From: Chloroflexota bacterium
GTDB taxonomy: Bacteria > Chloroflexota > UBA11872 > UBA12225 > JAJDUF01
Length of the DNA: 64,000 bases
Reading direction: 5' to 3'
NCBI GenBank assembly: GCA_034422515.1
Contig: DAOUJP010000020.1
Location: 65,590 to 129,589, forward strand
This document shows, one piece after another, positions 17,097 through 26,954 of the stretch. The notes beneath the pieces were generated by a model, which was not told the origin of the DNA, did no database searches, and saw only the letters and a list, made by a program, of their open reading frames with translations. How positions within the stretch are numbered: position 1 is the first letter of the stretch; every line of letters begins with the position of its first letter. The translations under genes were made by a program, and so were the position numbers.

Positions 17097-20000
17097 TTGG
17101 ATACTGCTACCGTGATCTGTGAAGGACAGGTGCTGACCGGGCCGCTGTTCAGCGAGCCGATGCGGGTGGAGACGGTGCGCCCCAACGGCCCCGATTCCGT
17201 GGAGGCCGGCTTGGTCGGGCAGCAGACGGAGCGGTTCCGGCGGGTGACGCTGACGGCAGCCGACATCGCAAGCCTCTCCGTCGCCAGTGCTGCGCTTACC
17301 TACGACGGAGACGGACAACTCCTGCGGCTCGGCCTCCAGGCGTATACCCTCGGCATCGCCCACGAGTTCGACCCCTACTTCGGCCTCTCCATCTCGCGGG
17401 TGGACCCGCTGCCCCATCAACTCGAAGCGGTCTACGACTACTTCATGAAGCTCCCCAGCGTGCGGTTCCTGCTGGCCGATGATGCCGGTGCCGGCAAGAC
17501 GATTATGGCTGGCCTGTTGATCCGCGAGCTCAAGCTGCGTGGGTTGGCCGAGCGGACTCTGGTCGTGTGCCCAGCCAACCTGACCTTTCAGTGGCAGCGC
17601 GAGTTGAAAGAGAAGTTCGATCAGCAGTTCCTGGTACTGAAGGGGAGCGATGTCCGCGACCAGTTTGGCGTCAACCAATGGCTCAGCCAAAAGCAGGTGA
17701 TTACTTCCCTCGATCTGGCCAAGCGCGAGGATATCTTGCCGGGCTTGCGACAGGTGCGCTGGGACCTGGTCATCGTAGATGAGGCCCATCGCATGTCAGC
17801 GCGAGACGAGACGCACAAGAGCCAACGCTACCGGCTGGGCGAGCTCCTCCGGGACAGCGCCGACAACTTGCTGCTTCTGACCGCCACGCCGCACAAGGGC
17901 GATCCGCACAACTTCACCCTCTTCCTGCAATTGCTCGACCAGGACGCCTATGCCGACGTGCAGTCCATCCGCGCGGCGATGGATAAGCAGCAGGCGCCCT
18001 TCTACCTGCGACGGACGAAGGAGGCGATGGTCTACTTCCCAGAACGTCAGCCGGACGGGGAGTGGGCCGCCCGGCCCGTGTTCACGAAGCGGATCACCCA
18101 CACGGCTGGCTTTGCTATCGCCGGGGATGAGTTCGAGCTGTACCAGGAGGTGACGCGGTTCGTGAAGCGGCAGAGTGCCCGCGCGGCGGCGCAGGGTGAC
18201 GACCGGCGAGCACGCGCCGTCGGCTTCCTCATGTCCCTCTACCAGCGGCGGCTCGCTTCCAGCACCTACGCCATGCGCCGCTCCCTGGAAAATCGGGCGA
18301 AGCGCCTGGCGGAGAACCTCAAGCAGGCCGAGGTCCTGGCACGGACAGTACCGCCCGACTTCTCCAACTGGGAAGCGGAGGAGTTCGAGGAGCTAGAGGA
18401 CCACGAACGCGAGCGCTTGGAGCGACTGCTGGACGCCGTCACGCTGGCCCGCAACGCCGAGGAGGTGCGCCGGGAGATCACGGCGTTGCAGGGCCTCGCC
18501 AGCACAGCCAAGTCCCTCGAAGGGTCCGGGAGCGAAGCGAAGTTGAGCCGGCTCAAGGAAATACTGCGCGAGCAAGGATTCTTCGACCACCCGGACCAGC
18601 AGTTGCTCATCTTCACCGAGTTCAAGGACACCCTCGACTACCTCCTGGAACGGTTGCAGGCCTGGGGGTTCCGCGTGGGAAGCATCCATGGCGGCATGAA
18701 GCCGGGGTCACGCGACGAACCAGGCACCCGGCTCTACACCGAGCAACAGTTCCGGGAGGGCGCCATCCAGGTGCTGGTGGCCACCGAGGCCGCCGGCGAG
18801 GGCATCAACCTCCAGTGCTGCCACATCCTCTTCAACTACGATATTCCCTGGAACCCCAATCGGCTGGAACAGCGTATGGGACGTATCCACCGCTACGGCC
18901 AGCGCTTCGATTGTCTCATCTTCAACTTTGTGGCCACCAACACCATCGAGGGCCGCGTGCTCCAGCGGCTGCTCGATAAGCTCCAAGAGATCAGGGACGC
19001 CCTCGAAGATGATGCCGTCTTCAATGTCGTCGGGGAGGTGTTGCCCGCCGCTCACGTGGATCGCGTGTTTCGGGACTACTACGCTGGCCACCTGGGCGAC
19101 GCTGACCTGGAAGACCGGCTCCTGCGGGACGTGGACGAGCGCCACTTCCGGGCCATTTGCCAGAATGCGCTGGAGGGGTTGGCGGCCAAGGGGCTCAACC
19201 TGGAGCTGCTCGTCGAGCGCCGCGCCCGCGCCCAAGCGCGCCGGATGGTGCCCGAGACCATCGCCCGCTTCCTGGCCGAGAGTGCTGGCAGCGCGTCCCT
19301 CCCCCTTCCCCCCGTGCGCCGCTGGCCACACACGTTTCAGCCGGGCCGGACGCCAACCGCCTTGCGGCGCTACGAGGGCGAGCCGGACTGGCAGCTCCCG
19401 GCGCTGGCGGTGCGCTACCCGCGAATTTCGACGGACCGGCACACGGCGGAAGCGCACAATCTGGAATGGGTTACGCCCGGCCATCCACTGTTCGAAGCCC
19501 TGCGCCGCCACGACCTGGAGCTGGCCCGGGAGGCCTTCGCCAGGGGGGCCTGCTTCCACTCCCTCCAACACGAGACCCCGGCGCGCCTCGACTGCTACAA
19601 GGCGCAGATCGTGGACGGCCTCGGCCACATCATCCATGAGCGGCTGTTCACCGTGGAGTTGGCGGAAGGCCGAGAACCCCGCCTCCGGGAGCCGGACATC
19701 CTCGGCAACCTGACGCCTGCCGCCGCCCCGGACGGCTTGCCTGCCGTGGCTACCCTGCCGGAAGCGACCGAGTGGCTGCACTCGGAGACGCTCGGACCGT
19801 TCATTGACGAGGTGCGTGCGGAGCGCCTGCCGGAGGTCGAGCGTATCGCCGATCATGTCGAAGTGGCCTTGGGCGAGGTGCTGTCCCGAGTTGACCAGGA
19901 GGTCGGCCGCGCCGGCGACGAGGTGCGGAATCAGATCACCGGTGCCGAGGGCCGCTTCGCCCAGGCCGAGGCCCGGCAGGATGAGGCACTGGCACGCCGC

Positions 20001-20540
20001 GAGCGGCGACGGCGCGAACTGACCCAGCAACGGGCGCTGACGCTCCAGGGCGTGGAGCGGCTGGCCAGCGTGCTGATCCTCCCACATCCTGAACGGGGCA
20101 GTGACGAGGTCCAACGGCTGCGGCCCAACCCGGAGACCGAGCAGGTCGCCATGCGCGTGGTCATGGCGCACGAGCAGGCCCAGGGACATCTCGTCACCGA
20201 CGTTCACGAGCAGAACCTGGGCTACGACGTGACCAGCTTGAATAAGGAGACCGGCGAGTCGCGCCTGATCGAGGTGAAGGGCTTGGCCGCTGCCGCTGGC
20301 ACTATCCTGCTGACGCCCAACGAGCGCCGCGTGGCGGAAGACCGCCGCGATTGCTACTGGCTGTACGTCGTCACGAATTGCGCCAGAGAGCCGCGGCTCC
20401 AGGACCCGATCCGGGACCCGGCCCGGTTCCCCTGGCACGAGGTCAGCAAGGTGCAGCATTATTGGCTGGAGCTGAACGCCATGACCCAACCCATGCAGAT
20501 CCGAGAGCAACGGGCGCCATACGGAGGACGGGACTCTTGA
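17097..20540 (+). CDS. SNF2-family helicase with a C-terminal DUF3883-like restriction-endonuclease-fold domain ('anti-phage-associated helicase')
   Basis: TTG start with a GAGAGGA RBS. SNF2 motifs: ADDAGAGKT (I), LVIVDEAHRMS (II), LLLTATPHKG (III), helicase-C (QRMGRIHRYGQ). The C-terminal TPNERRVAEDRRDCYWLYVVTNC...DPARFPWHEV matches DUF3883. Confidence 0.7.
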   Translation: MDTATVICEGQVLTGPLFSEPMRVETVRPNGPDSVEAGLVGQQTERFRRVTLTAADIASLSVASAALTYDGDGQLLRLGLQAYTLGIAHEFDPYFGLSISRVDPLPHQLEAVYDYFMKLPSVRFLLADDAGAGKTIMAGLLIRELKLRGLAERTLVVCPANLTFQWQRELKEKFDQQFLVLKGSDVRDQFGVNQWLSQKQVITSLDLAKREDILPGLRQVRWDLVIVDEAHRMSARDETHKSQRYRLGELLRDSADNLLLLTATPHKGDPHNFTLFLQLLDQDAYADVQSIRAAMDKQQAPFYLRRTKEAMVYFPERQPDGEWAARPVFTKRITHTAGFAIAGDEFELYQEVTRFVKRQSARAAAQGDDRRARAVGFLMSLYQRRLASSTYAMRRSLENRAKRLAENLKQAEVLARTVPPDFSNWEAEEFEELEDHERERLERLLDAVTLARNAEEVRREITALQGLASTAKSLEGSGSEAKLSRLKEILREQGFFDHPDQQLLIFTEFKDTLDYLLERLQAWGFRVGSIHGGMKPGSRDEPGTRLYTEQQFREGAIQVLVATEAAGEGINLQCCHILFNYDIPWNPNRLEQRMGRIHRYGQRFDCLIFNFVATNTIEGRVLQRLLDKLQEIRDALEDDAVFNVVGEVLPAAHVDRVFRDYYAGHLGDADLEDRLLRDVDERHFRAICQNALEGLAAKGLNLELLVERRARAQARRMVPETIARFLAESAGSASLPLPPVRRWPHTFQPGRTPTALRRYEGEPDWQLPALAVRYPRISTDRHTAEAHNLEWVTPGHPLFEALRRHDLELAREAFARGACFHSLQHETPARLDCYKAQIVDGLGHIIHERLFTVELAEGREPRLREPDILGNLTPAAAPDGLPAVATLPEATEWLHSETLGPFIDEVRAERLPEVERIADHVEVALGEVLSRVDQEVGRAGDEVRNQITGAEGRFAQAEARQDEALARRERRRRELTQQRALTLQGVERLASVLILPHPERGSDEVQRLRPNPETEQVAMRVVMAHEQAQGHLVTDVHEQNLGYDVTSLNKETGESRLIEVKGLAAAAGTILLTPNERRVAEDRRDCYWLYVVTNCAREPRLQDPIRDPARFPWHEVSKVQHYWLELNAMTQPMQIREQRAPYGGRDS

Positions 20541-22255
20541 CCCCAGAACGCCTCCAGGCACTCATCGCCGGCGGCGAAACCCTCGCCGTAGAGTTCAAAG
20601 GCGAGGCGGCCGCGCCCTTGGGGGATCGGGAGCTTGTCGAAACGGTCGTCTGTCTGGCTAACCGGAGCGACGACGGCCCCGGCTGGCTGCTGGTCGGAGT
20701 TGAGGATGACGGCCACGTGAGCGGCGCCCGTGCCCGCCACGAGACCGGGGGGATCGACCCCGTGCGTATCCAGGCGCTCGTGGCGAACCGCACGCGCCCC
20801 CCGCTTACCACGCGCGTCGCAGTGGATTCGAGCGGCGGACGGGATATCCTCATCATCGAGGTCCCCGCCGTTCACCGGCCCGTCGGTACGGCGGACGGAC
20901 GCTACCTGCGGCGCGCCATCGGCGGAGATGGCAAGCCATCCTGTGTGCCGTTCCACTTCCACGAGATGCAGTCGCAGCAGGCTGATCGCGGGATGCTCGA
21001 TCATGCTGCACTCCGGCTGGACGGCATCGGGATGGACGCGCTCGATCCGCTGGAGTTCGAACGCTACCGGCGCACAATCCGAGAGCACCGGCACCGTGGG
21101 GACAACGCGTTGCTCGATCTCAGCGACGTGGAACTGGCCAAGGCCCTGGGCGCGGTGGAGCACACCAATGGTGCCGTGACCGTCCGGGTGCTGGGCCTGC
21201 TGCTCTTCGGACGGGAGGACGCGCTGGCTGCCGCCCTGCCGGCGCACGAGGTGGCGTTCCAGGTGCTCGCCGGCAACGACGTGCAGGTCAACGACTTCTT
21301 GCGCTGGCCGCTGCTCCGGGTCATGGAAGAGCTGGCGGCCCGCTTTGAGGCGCGCAACCGCGAGCAAGAGGTCCACGTGGGCATGATCCGCGTCGGAGTG
21401 CCCGATTATCCCGCCCGCGCTTTTCGCGAGGGGGTCGCCAATGCCTTGATCCACCGGGATTACACCCGTCTTGGGGCCGTGCATGTGCAGTGGCGGGAAG
21501 ACCGGCTGGAAATCTCGAACCCCGGCGGCTTCCCGCTGGGAGTGCGCCTGGACAACCTGCTGGTCACTGCGCCGCGCCCCCGCAATCCGCTGCTGGCCGA
21601 TGCGTTCAAGCGCGCCGGCATCGTCGAACGCACCGCGCGGGGCATTGATACCATCTTCTACGAACAGCTTCGCAATGGCCGCCCCGCCCCCTCCTACGAC
21701 CGCAGCACCGAGGCCGGCGTGACCCTGGTGCTCCCCGGCGGCGTAGCCCACCTCGGATTCGTGCGGCTCGTGGTGGAGGCGGGCCGGGAGAGCAGCCCGC
21801 TTTCCCCGGACGAGCTGCTGCTCCTGACCGGGTTACAGCGGGAGCAGCACATAACGGCCGGCGAGGCAGCCGCAATGATACAAAGGGGGGCAGCGGATGC
21901 GGAGCATCTCCTGATGCAGTTGGGGCAGCGCGGTCTCGTCACCGTGCGGGGTTCGCACCGGCGGCAGGGGTTCCGGCTATCGGAAGCTGCGGCCCGGCAG
22001 CTTGGTGACCGCGTGGATGCCCAGCGCGGGCGCGCTGCACCAATCCGGCATGACGAGCTGGTGCGCCGGTACGTTGCGAGTCATGGCTCGATTTCACGCA
22101 AGGAAGCCGCGCGGCTCTGCGCCATCTCCGACTCGCGGGCCTATAGACTGTTGAAGCGGCTGGAGTCGGCCGGGGTCCTCCGGCGCATTGGCACACGCGG
22201 CCGGAACGTCCGCTATGAGCAAAACGCCGAGAAACGCACGGCGCGCGTTTCCTAA
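20537..22255 (+). CDS. AlbA_2 (Schlafen-like 'divergent AAA') + HATPase_c_4 domain protein (putative nucleic-acid-binding regulator)
   Basis: The N-terminal ETLAVEFKGE signature is typical of AlbA_2 (PF04326). The C-terminal part is winged-helix-like. The TTG start at 20537 overlaps the helicase stop (TTGA). Confidence 0.55.
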   Translation: MTPERLQALIAGGETLAVEFKGEAAAPLGDRELVETVVCLANRSDDGPGWLLVGVEDDGHVSGARARHETGGIDPVRIQALVANRTRPPLTTRVAVDSSGGRDILIIEVPAVHRPVGTADGRYLRRAIGGDGKPSCVPFHFHEMQSQQADRGMLDHAALRLDGIGMDALDPLEFERYRRTIREHRHRGDNALLDLSDVELAKALGAVEHTNGAVTVRVLGLLLFGREDALAAALPAHEVAFQVLAGNDVQVNDFLRWPLLRVMEELAARFEARNREQEVHVGMIRVGVPDYPARAFREGVANALIHRDYTRLGAVHVQWREDRLEISNPGGFPLGVRLDNLLVTAPRPRNPLLADAFKRAGIVERTARGIDTIFYEQLRNGRPAPSYDRSTEAGVTLVLPGGVAHLGFVRLVVEAGRESSPLSPDELLLLTGLQREQHITAGEAAAMIQRGAADAEHLLMQLGQRGLVTVRGSHRRQGFRLSEAAARQLGDRVDAQRGRAAPIRHDELVRRYVASHGSISRKEAARLCAISDSRAYRLLKRLESAGVLRRIGTRGRNVRYEQNAEKRTARVS

Positions 22256-22343
22256 ACGCACTCGTGCTATTAAACGCACGCGAACGGCTCATTAGCAGCG
22301 GCCGCTCAACTGGAGAGGGCATCCGATTCTCAGGAAGGTTTGA

Positions 22344-23210
22344 ATGAAAAGGATCGACGACAGTACGTTAGAAACGGTCGCTGAGTTGGTGTGTGGCTCA
22401 GGCGAGGGTGCTGGTGGAGGCTATTCGTCTCCGGGTCCTTATCGAACAATGGGCGAAATCAACGCATTCTTCCGCCGTGCGGGAGTGAGGCCTAGGGGTC
22501 AATCGTCAACCAGAAAGTGGTTCGTGTTGGAGTCTTTGCAATCAGTCAATGGGACAAATGGTCTGGAGAAGATACTGCTGAGAATATCATCTCCAAAAGA
22601 GTGTCGTGGCGATTCAGATTTGACGCAAAAAGTGGTTGACCACCTGAACGACGCTCTGCAGGTAGAGGGGCTGGAGGTCTACCTAGTTGGTGTTGATCCT
22701 CGAATTCGGGAGCGCAAGGCCTCTGCAAGTGTTCCCAGGGTGCAAGCGGCACCGTCAGAAGTTGCTCCCGATTTCCATCGCCTAGTAGAGGATAGCTCAT
22801 TGGCGGCAATATTATTACTGCGGTGGGAGGAAGCTCAGAAATGCGTCAATGCAGAAGCTTATCTCTCTGCTGTAGTAATGATGGGTAGCATCTTAGAGGG
22901 TGTGTTATTGCACAAAGTCGAAACAAATCCTGCAGATGCAAACCGAGCCAAGGAATCGCCGAAGAATCCGACAACTGGAAAACCTAAACAGTTCCACGAG
23001 TGGGGTCTCTCTGCCTTGATTGATGTTGCTCACGAATTAGGCTGGCTTCAGGGGGACGTTAGGCGCTTCAGTCATGCGTTGCGGGATTCTCGCAACATCG
23101 TCCATCCTTACATGGAAAGGTTGCTATCCGATAGACCGGATCGTGATACCTGTTCAATTTGCTGGCAGGTTGTTCGTGCGGCTGTTGCCGACTTGTTGGA
23201 AATAGACTGA
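22344..23210 (+). CDS. Hypothetical protein with a C-terminal HEPN-like Rx4-6H motif (RDSRNIVH); noticeably lower-GC gene
   Basis: The ORF sits in the AT-richest stretch of the window and is embedded between defence genes. The motif match alone is weak evidence. Confidence 0.35.
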   Translation: MKRIDDSTLETVAELVCGSGEGAGGGYSSPGPYRTMGEINAFFRRAGVRPRGQSSTRKWFVLESLQSVNGTNGLEKILLRISSPKECRGDSDLTQKVVDHLNDALQVEGLEVYLVGVDPRIRERKASASVPRVQAAPSEVAPDFHRLVEDSSLAAILLLRWEEAQKCVNAEAYLSAVVMMGSILEGVLLHKVETNPADANRAKESPKNPTTGKPKQFHEWGLSALIDVAHELGWLQGDVRRFSHALRDSRNIVHPYMERLLSDRPDRDTCSICWQVVRAAVADLLEID

Positions 23211-23215
23211 ATGAC

Positions 23216-26191
23216 ATGATCCCGAAAGAGTGCAAGCGACTGGCGGAGGTGGACTTCCCCATTTCCGAGGTGTCCAAGCACGCGGCGCGGGAGAAGTCCA
23301 TCCGACACGGTCATCCCTCGACGCTGCACCTGTGGTGGGCGCGGCGGCCTCTGGCCTCGTCGCGTGCCGTATTGCTGGCGCTGCTGCTGCCCGATCCATG
23401 CGAGTCGCTCTGCCCGCAATCATTCCGGGAACGCGCCAGGGAAGCCCTGCTGGCGCTGCGGACGCGGCCCTCCGCGTGGGAGAAACAGGTCCAGACAGAT
23501 GAAGGGCTGCGGGCGGCGCTCCTGCGCTTCATTGCCGACTTTGCCAACTGGGACAACGCCGCGAACGACGACTACCTGACGACGGGACGGGCGCTGGTGC
23601 GGGCCGCGCACCCGGAGCAGTCGCCGCTGGTCGTGGACCCCTTTGCCGGCGGCGGCTCCATCCCGCTGGAGGCGCTGCGGCTCGGCTGCGAGGCCTTTGC
23701 CAGCGACCTCAACCCGGTGGCCTGCCTGATCCTCAAGGTGCTGCTGGAGGACATCCCGCGCCATGGGCCGGGCCTGGCGGATGAGCTGCGGCGGGTCGGC
23801 GCGGAGATCAAGGAACAGGCAGCTAAGGAACTGGCCGACCTCTACCCCCAGGACCCGGACGGGGCAACACCTATCGCCTACCTCTGGGCACGGACGGTGC
23901 GCTGTGAAGCGCCCAACTGCGGTGCAGAGATTCCACTCATGCGCTCGCTGTGGCTGTGCCGGAAGGACAAGCGCAAGCGGGCGCTGCGGACCAGGATCGT
24001 GCGGGCGGACAGCGGGCCACCGCGCGTCGAGTTCGAGATATTCGCGCCGCAGTCCAATAGCGAGGTGGCCGACGGCACCGTGGCTCGCGCCAAGGCGACC
24101 TGTGTCTGCTGCGGTGCTGTGCTGCCGCCGGAGCGAGTACGCGCCCAGTTGTCTGCACAGAAAGGTGGCGCGGACGCAGTGTTCAATGCGGCCGGCCGCC
24201 GCACCGGCGGCGCGCGCCTGACGGCGGTCGTTACGCTCCGTCCTAGTGAAAGGGGCCGCCACTACCGCCTACCGACGGCTGACGACTATTCGGCTGTGCA
24301 TCTGGCACGGGAGCAGGTGAGCCGTATCCTGGATGAATGGGAGCGTGGTGGGAAGCAGGGCCTCTGCCCGGTGCCGGACGAGGTGATTTCGCTGAACGAA
24401 ATCCGGCGAATCAGTGTCCCGATCTACGGTATGCGTCGGTGGGGTGACCTGTTCACAGCGCGGCAGAAGGCAGCACTGGTGCAGTTGGGAAGGTTGGTCC
24501 CAACCTACGGGGAATCACTGAGAAGTTTGCTCGCCATAGCCGTGAGTCGAGTCGCTGGTGGTGGTGCATCCAGTTCCGCATGGCTGGCTTCTGGGGAGGA
24601 GGTCAAGCATGCGATCCCTCGGAATGCTCTGCCAATGGTCTGGGACTTTGGCGAATCGAACTGTCTAGCAACCACGTCGAGAAGCTGGGATAGTGCTCTT
24701 AACTCGATAGTTAATGTACTTGAAGGTGGCTCACTGGGATTAGTCTCCAGCCGAGTTGAACAGGCGGACGCTACCGATCACTCTCTGCACGATCAAGCCG
24801 CCGGAGTGTGGTTCACGGATCCACCTTACTACGACTCCGTACCCTATGCACATCTTTCGGATTTCTTCTTCGTATGGCTCCGACGTTCACTCGAACATAC
24901 GTTACCGGCAAGCCCCTTGAGTGAACACAACAGTACGACACCCAAAGACCGTGAAATTGTAGTGGATCGTCCGCACCACTTGAGCACATCCAAGAAGGAT
25001 GCCCTATTCTACGAGACCGAAATGGTGAATGCTTTCATCGAAGGTCGCAGAGTATTGCGGGAAGACGGGATTGGTTCTGTGGTGTTTGCCCACAAGACCA
25101 CCGAAGGCTGGGAAGCACTACTCTCCGGCCTGATCCGTGGCAGTTGGACTATCACCGGCTCCTGGCCCATTGCGACTGAAATGGGCGCAAGACTCAATGC
25201 GCGCGAGACCGCAGCTCTCGCCACCAGCATTCACCTCATTTGCCGTCCGCGACCCAAGGACGCGCCGGTTGGCGATTGGGCCGACGTACTGCGGGAGTTG
25301 CCTGGGCGCGTCGGGGACTGGATGCAGCGGTTGCAGGGCGAGGGCGTCCGGGGCGCGGACCTGGTGTTCGCCTGCGTCGGACCGGCGCTGGAGATCTACA
25401 GCCGCTACCGCCGCGTGGAGACACCGGCGGGCGACCAGATCGAGCTGCCGGCGTACCTGGAGAAAGTGTGGGAGGTCGTCGGCCGCGAGGCGTTGGAGCA
25501 GGTGCTGGGCACGGCGGAGGCGCAGGCCCGCAACGGCGCAGCCGCCGCACTGGAAGAGGATTCCCGCCTGACCGCGCTATTCCTGTGGACGCGGCAAAGC
25601 ACCGACGAACGGCCTGCTGCTGGGAACGACGCCGGTGATGATGCAGAGGACGGCGAGGCGGCAGCGTCGCGGCGCCGGCCCGCCGGCTACAGCCTGCCGT
25701 TCGACGTGGTGCGCCGCTTTGCCCAGCCGCTCGGCATCCACCTCGAGGCCTGGGAAGCGCGCCTCGTCGAGACCAAGAAGGGTGTGGTGCGCCTGCTGCC
25801 GGTCAGGGAACGCAGCGAACAGCTTTTCGGTGAGGCTGGGGCCGGCACGCTGGCCGACGAGATCGAATGGAACGCGGCGGCCGCGCAGCAGTTGAGCCTT
25901 TTCTCCACCGCACCGCCGCCCGTGCGCGGCCGGCAGCGAGGCCGGGGGCGGATGGCGGCCGTCGCGGACGATCTCGATGCTCCCTCGGCCGCGACGACGC
26001 TAGACCGGGTTCACGCCGCAATGCTCTTGCAGGCGTCGGGCCGCAGTCAGGCATTGCGGAACCTGCTGCGGGCCGAGCAGGAACGCGGCCCTGATTTCCT
26101 GCGCCTCGCCAACGCGCTGACCGCCCTCTACCCGCGCGGCAGCGATGAGAAGCGGCTGCTGGACGCCATGCTGTTGGCGGCGCCACGGTGA
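23216..26191 (+). CDS. DUF1156-domain N6-adenine DNA methyltransferase ('anti-phage-associated DUF1156 protein')
   Basis: N-terminal KRLAEVDFPISEVSKHAAREKSIRHGHPSTLHLWWARRPLASSRAV is the DUF1156 signature. SAM motif I VVDPFAGGGSIPLEA. Motif IV FTDPPYYDSVPY (DPPY) places it in the N6-adenine class. Confidence 0.75.
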   Translation: MIPKECKRLAEVDFPISEVSKHAAREKSIRHGHPSTLHLWWARRPLASSRAVLLALLLPDPCESLCPQSFRERAREALLALRTRPSAWEKQVQTDEGLRAALLRFIADFANWDNAANDDYLTTGRALVRAAHPEQSPLVVDPFAGGGSIPLEALRLGCEAFASDLNPVACLILKVLLEDIPRHGPGLADELRRVGAEIKEQAAKELADLYPQDPDGATPIAYLWARTVRCEAPNCGAEIPLMRSLWLCRKDKRKRALRTRIVRADSGPPRVEFEIFAPQSNSEVADGTVARAKATCVCCGAVLPPERVRAQLSAQKGGADAVFNAAGRRTGGARLTAVVTLRPSERGRHYRLPTADDYSAVHLAREQVSRILDEWERGGKQGLCPVPDEVISLNEIRRISVPIYGMRRWGDLFTARQKAALVQLGRLVPTYGESLRSLLAIAVSRVAGGGASSSAWLASGEEVKHAIPRNALPMVWDFGESNCLATTSRSWDSALNSIVNVLEGGSLGLVSSRVEQADATDHSLHDQAAGVWFTDPPYYDSVPYAHLSDFFFVWLRRSLEHTLPASPLSEHNSTTPKDREIVVDRPHHLSTSKKDALFYETEMVNAFIEGRRVLREDGIGSVVFAHKTTEGWEALLSGLIRGSWTITGSWPIATEMGARLNARETAALATSIHLICRPRPKDAPVGDWADVLRELPGRVGDWMQRLQGEGVRGADLVFACVGPALEIYSRYRRVETPAGDQIELPAYLEKVWEVVGREALEQVLGTAEAQARNGAAAALEEDSRLTALFLWTRQSTDERPAAGNDAGDDAEDGEAAASRRRPAGYSLPFDVVRRFAQPLGIHLEAWEARLVETKKGVVRLLPVRERSEQLFGEAGAGTLADEIEWNAAAAQQLSLFSTAPPPVRGRQRGRGRMAAVADDLDAPSAATTLDRVHAAMLLQASGRSQALRNLLRAEQERGPDFLRLANALTALYPRGSDEKRLLDAMLLAAPR

Positions 26192-26225
26192 TTACTGGAC
26201 GCACTTTGGAACACGGAGGGATGAC

Positions 26226-26483
26226 ATGACGACCAATCCCGAGCTCCTCCAGCGCATCACCGCTCGGCCGGGCGTCTTTGGTGGCAAGCCGATCATCCGC
26301 GACATGCGTATTGCCGTGGAGCATGTGCTGGGGATGCTTGCAGCCGGTGATTCTGCGGAGACGATTCTCCGGGAATATCCGGTCCTGGAACCTGAAGACA
26401 TCCAGGCGTGCCTGCTTTTTGCTCACCGCTCAATGGCCGGCGAGCATGTGTATGAACGTGTACCCGTGAGGGAAGCGTCTTGA
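26226..26483 (+). CDS. DUF433 family protein (antitoxin-like partner of DUF5615)
   Basis: 86 aa, RITARPGVFGGKPIIRDMRIAVEHVLGMLAAGDSAETILREYP, the typical DUF433 fold. Its stop overlaps the next gene's TTG start. Confidence 0.6.
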   Translation: MTTNPELLQRITARPGVFGGKPIIRDMRIAVEHVLGMLAAGDSAETILREYPVLEPEDIQACLLFAHRSMAGEHVYERVPVREAS

Positions 26484-26839
26484 AGTTCCTGCTCGACGTA
26501 TGCGCGGCGTCCCACAGCATGCATACGACGCTAACGGACTTGGGCCACGATGTCCTATCAGCTTTGGAAAGTGCCCCACTAGCCACCGATGAAGAATTGC
26601 TCGCCCTCGCAACTGAGCAGCAGCGGGTGCTTATTACCGAGGACAAGGACTTTGGCGAGTTGGTATTTGTACGTCGCTTGCCGCACCCATGCATCATTCG
26701 CTTTGTCGGCATGTCGGTCGCGGAGAAAGTGGCCGCAATGGGTGATCTGATCGAGTACCATGCGGATGCAATGTATGAGCGGAGTATGATCGTGGTGACA
26801 CAGAGTCGGGTTCGGATACGTCGCGGAGCACGCGGTTAG
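26480..26839 (+). CDS. DUF5615 (PIN-like / Mut7-C RNase fold) toxin-like protein
   Basis: MKFLLDVCAA...VLITEDKDFGEL is characteristic of DUF5615, which pairs with DUF433 in type II TA-like cassettes. Confidence 0.55.
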   Translation: MKFLLDVCAASHSMHTTLTDLGHDVLSALESAPLATDEELLALATEQQRVLITEDKDFGELVFVRRLPHPCIIRFVGMSVAEKVAAMGDLIEYHADAMYERSMIVVTQSRVRIRRGARG

Positions 26840-26954
26840 GGAAGCGGCGGCTAGTGAACCCTTGGTAAGGCGGTCGTAGCGTCCGCGCGTTGGTGTACCG
26901 GCCGCCGTCAGGCTGAAGGACAACCAGAGGCTTCAGGCCGCTGAGGTAGGAGGC

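Noticed and set aside
16857-17789. 310-aa minus-strand ORF overlapping the 5' end of the SNF2 helicase gene
   Set aside because: It is antisense to a gene with unambiguous helicase motifs. The composition is GC-driven and low-complexity (Gly/Ala/Leu/Arg rich), so it is a typical shadow ORF.
18708-20561. 617-aa minus-strand ORF antisense to the SNF2/DUF3883 helicase
   Set aside because: No recognisable motifs and an Arg/Gly/Leu-rich product; the plus strand encodes a complete helicase in the same interval.
20459-21751. 430-aa minus-strand ORF antisense to the AlbA_2/HATPase gene
   Set aside because: Shadow ORF in a 68% GC region; the plus-strand protein has the diagnostic ETLAVEFKGE signature.
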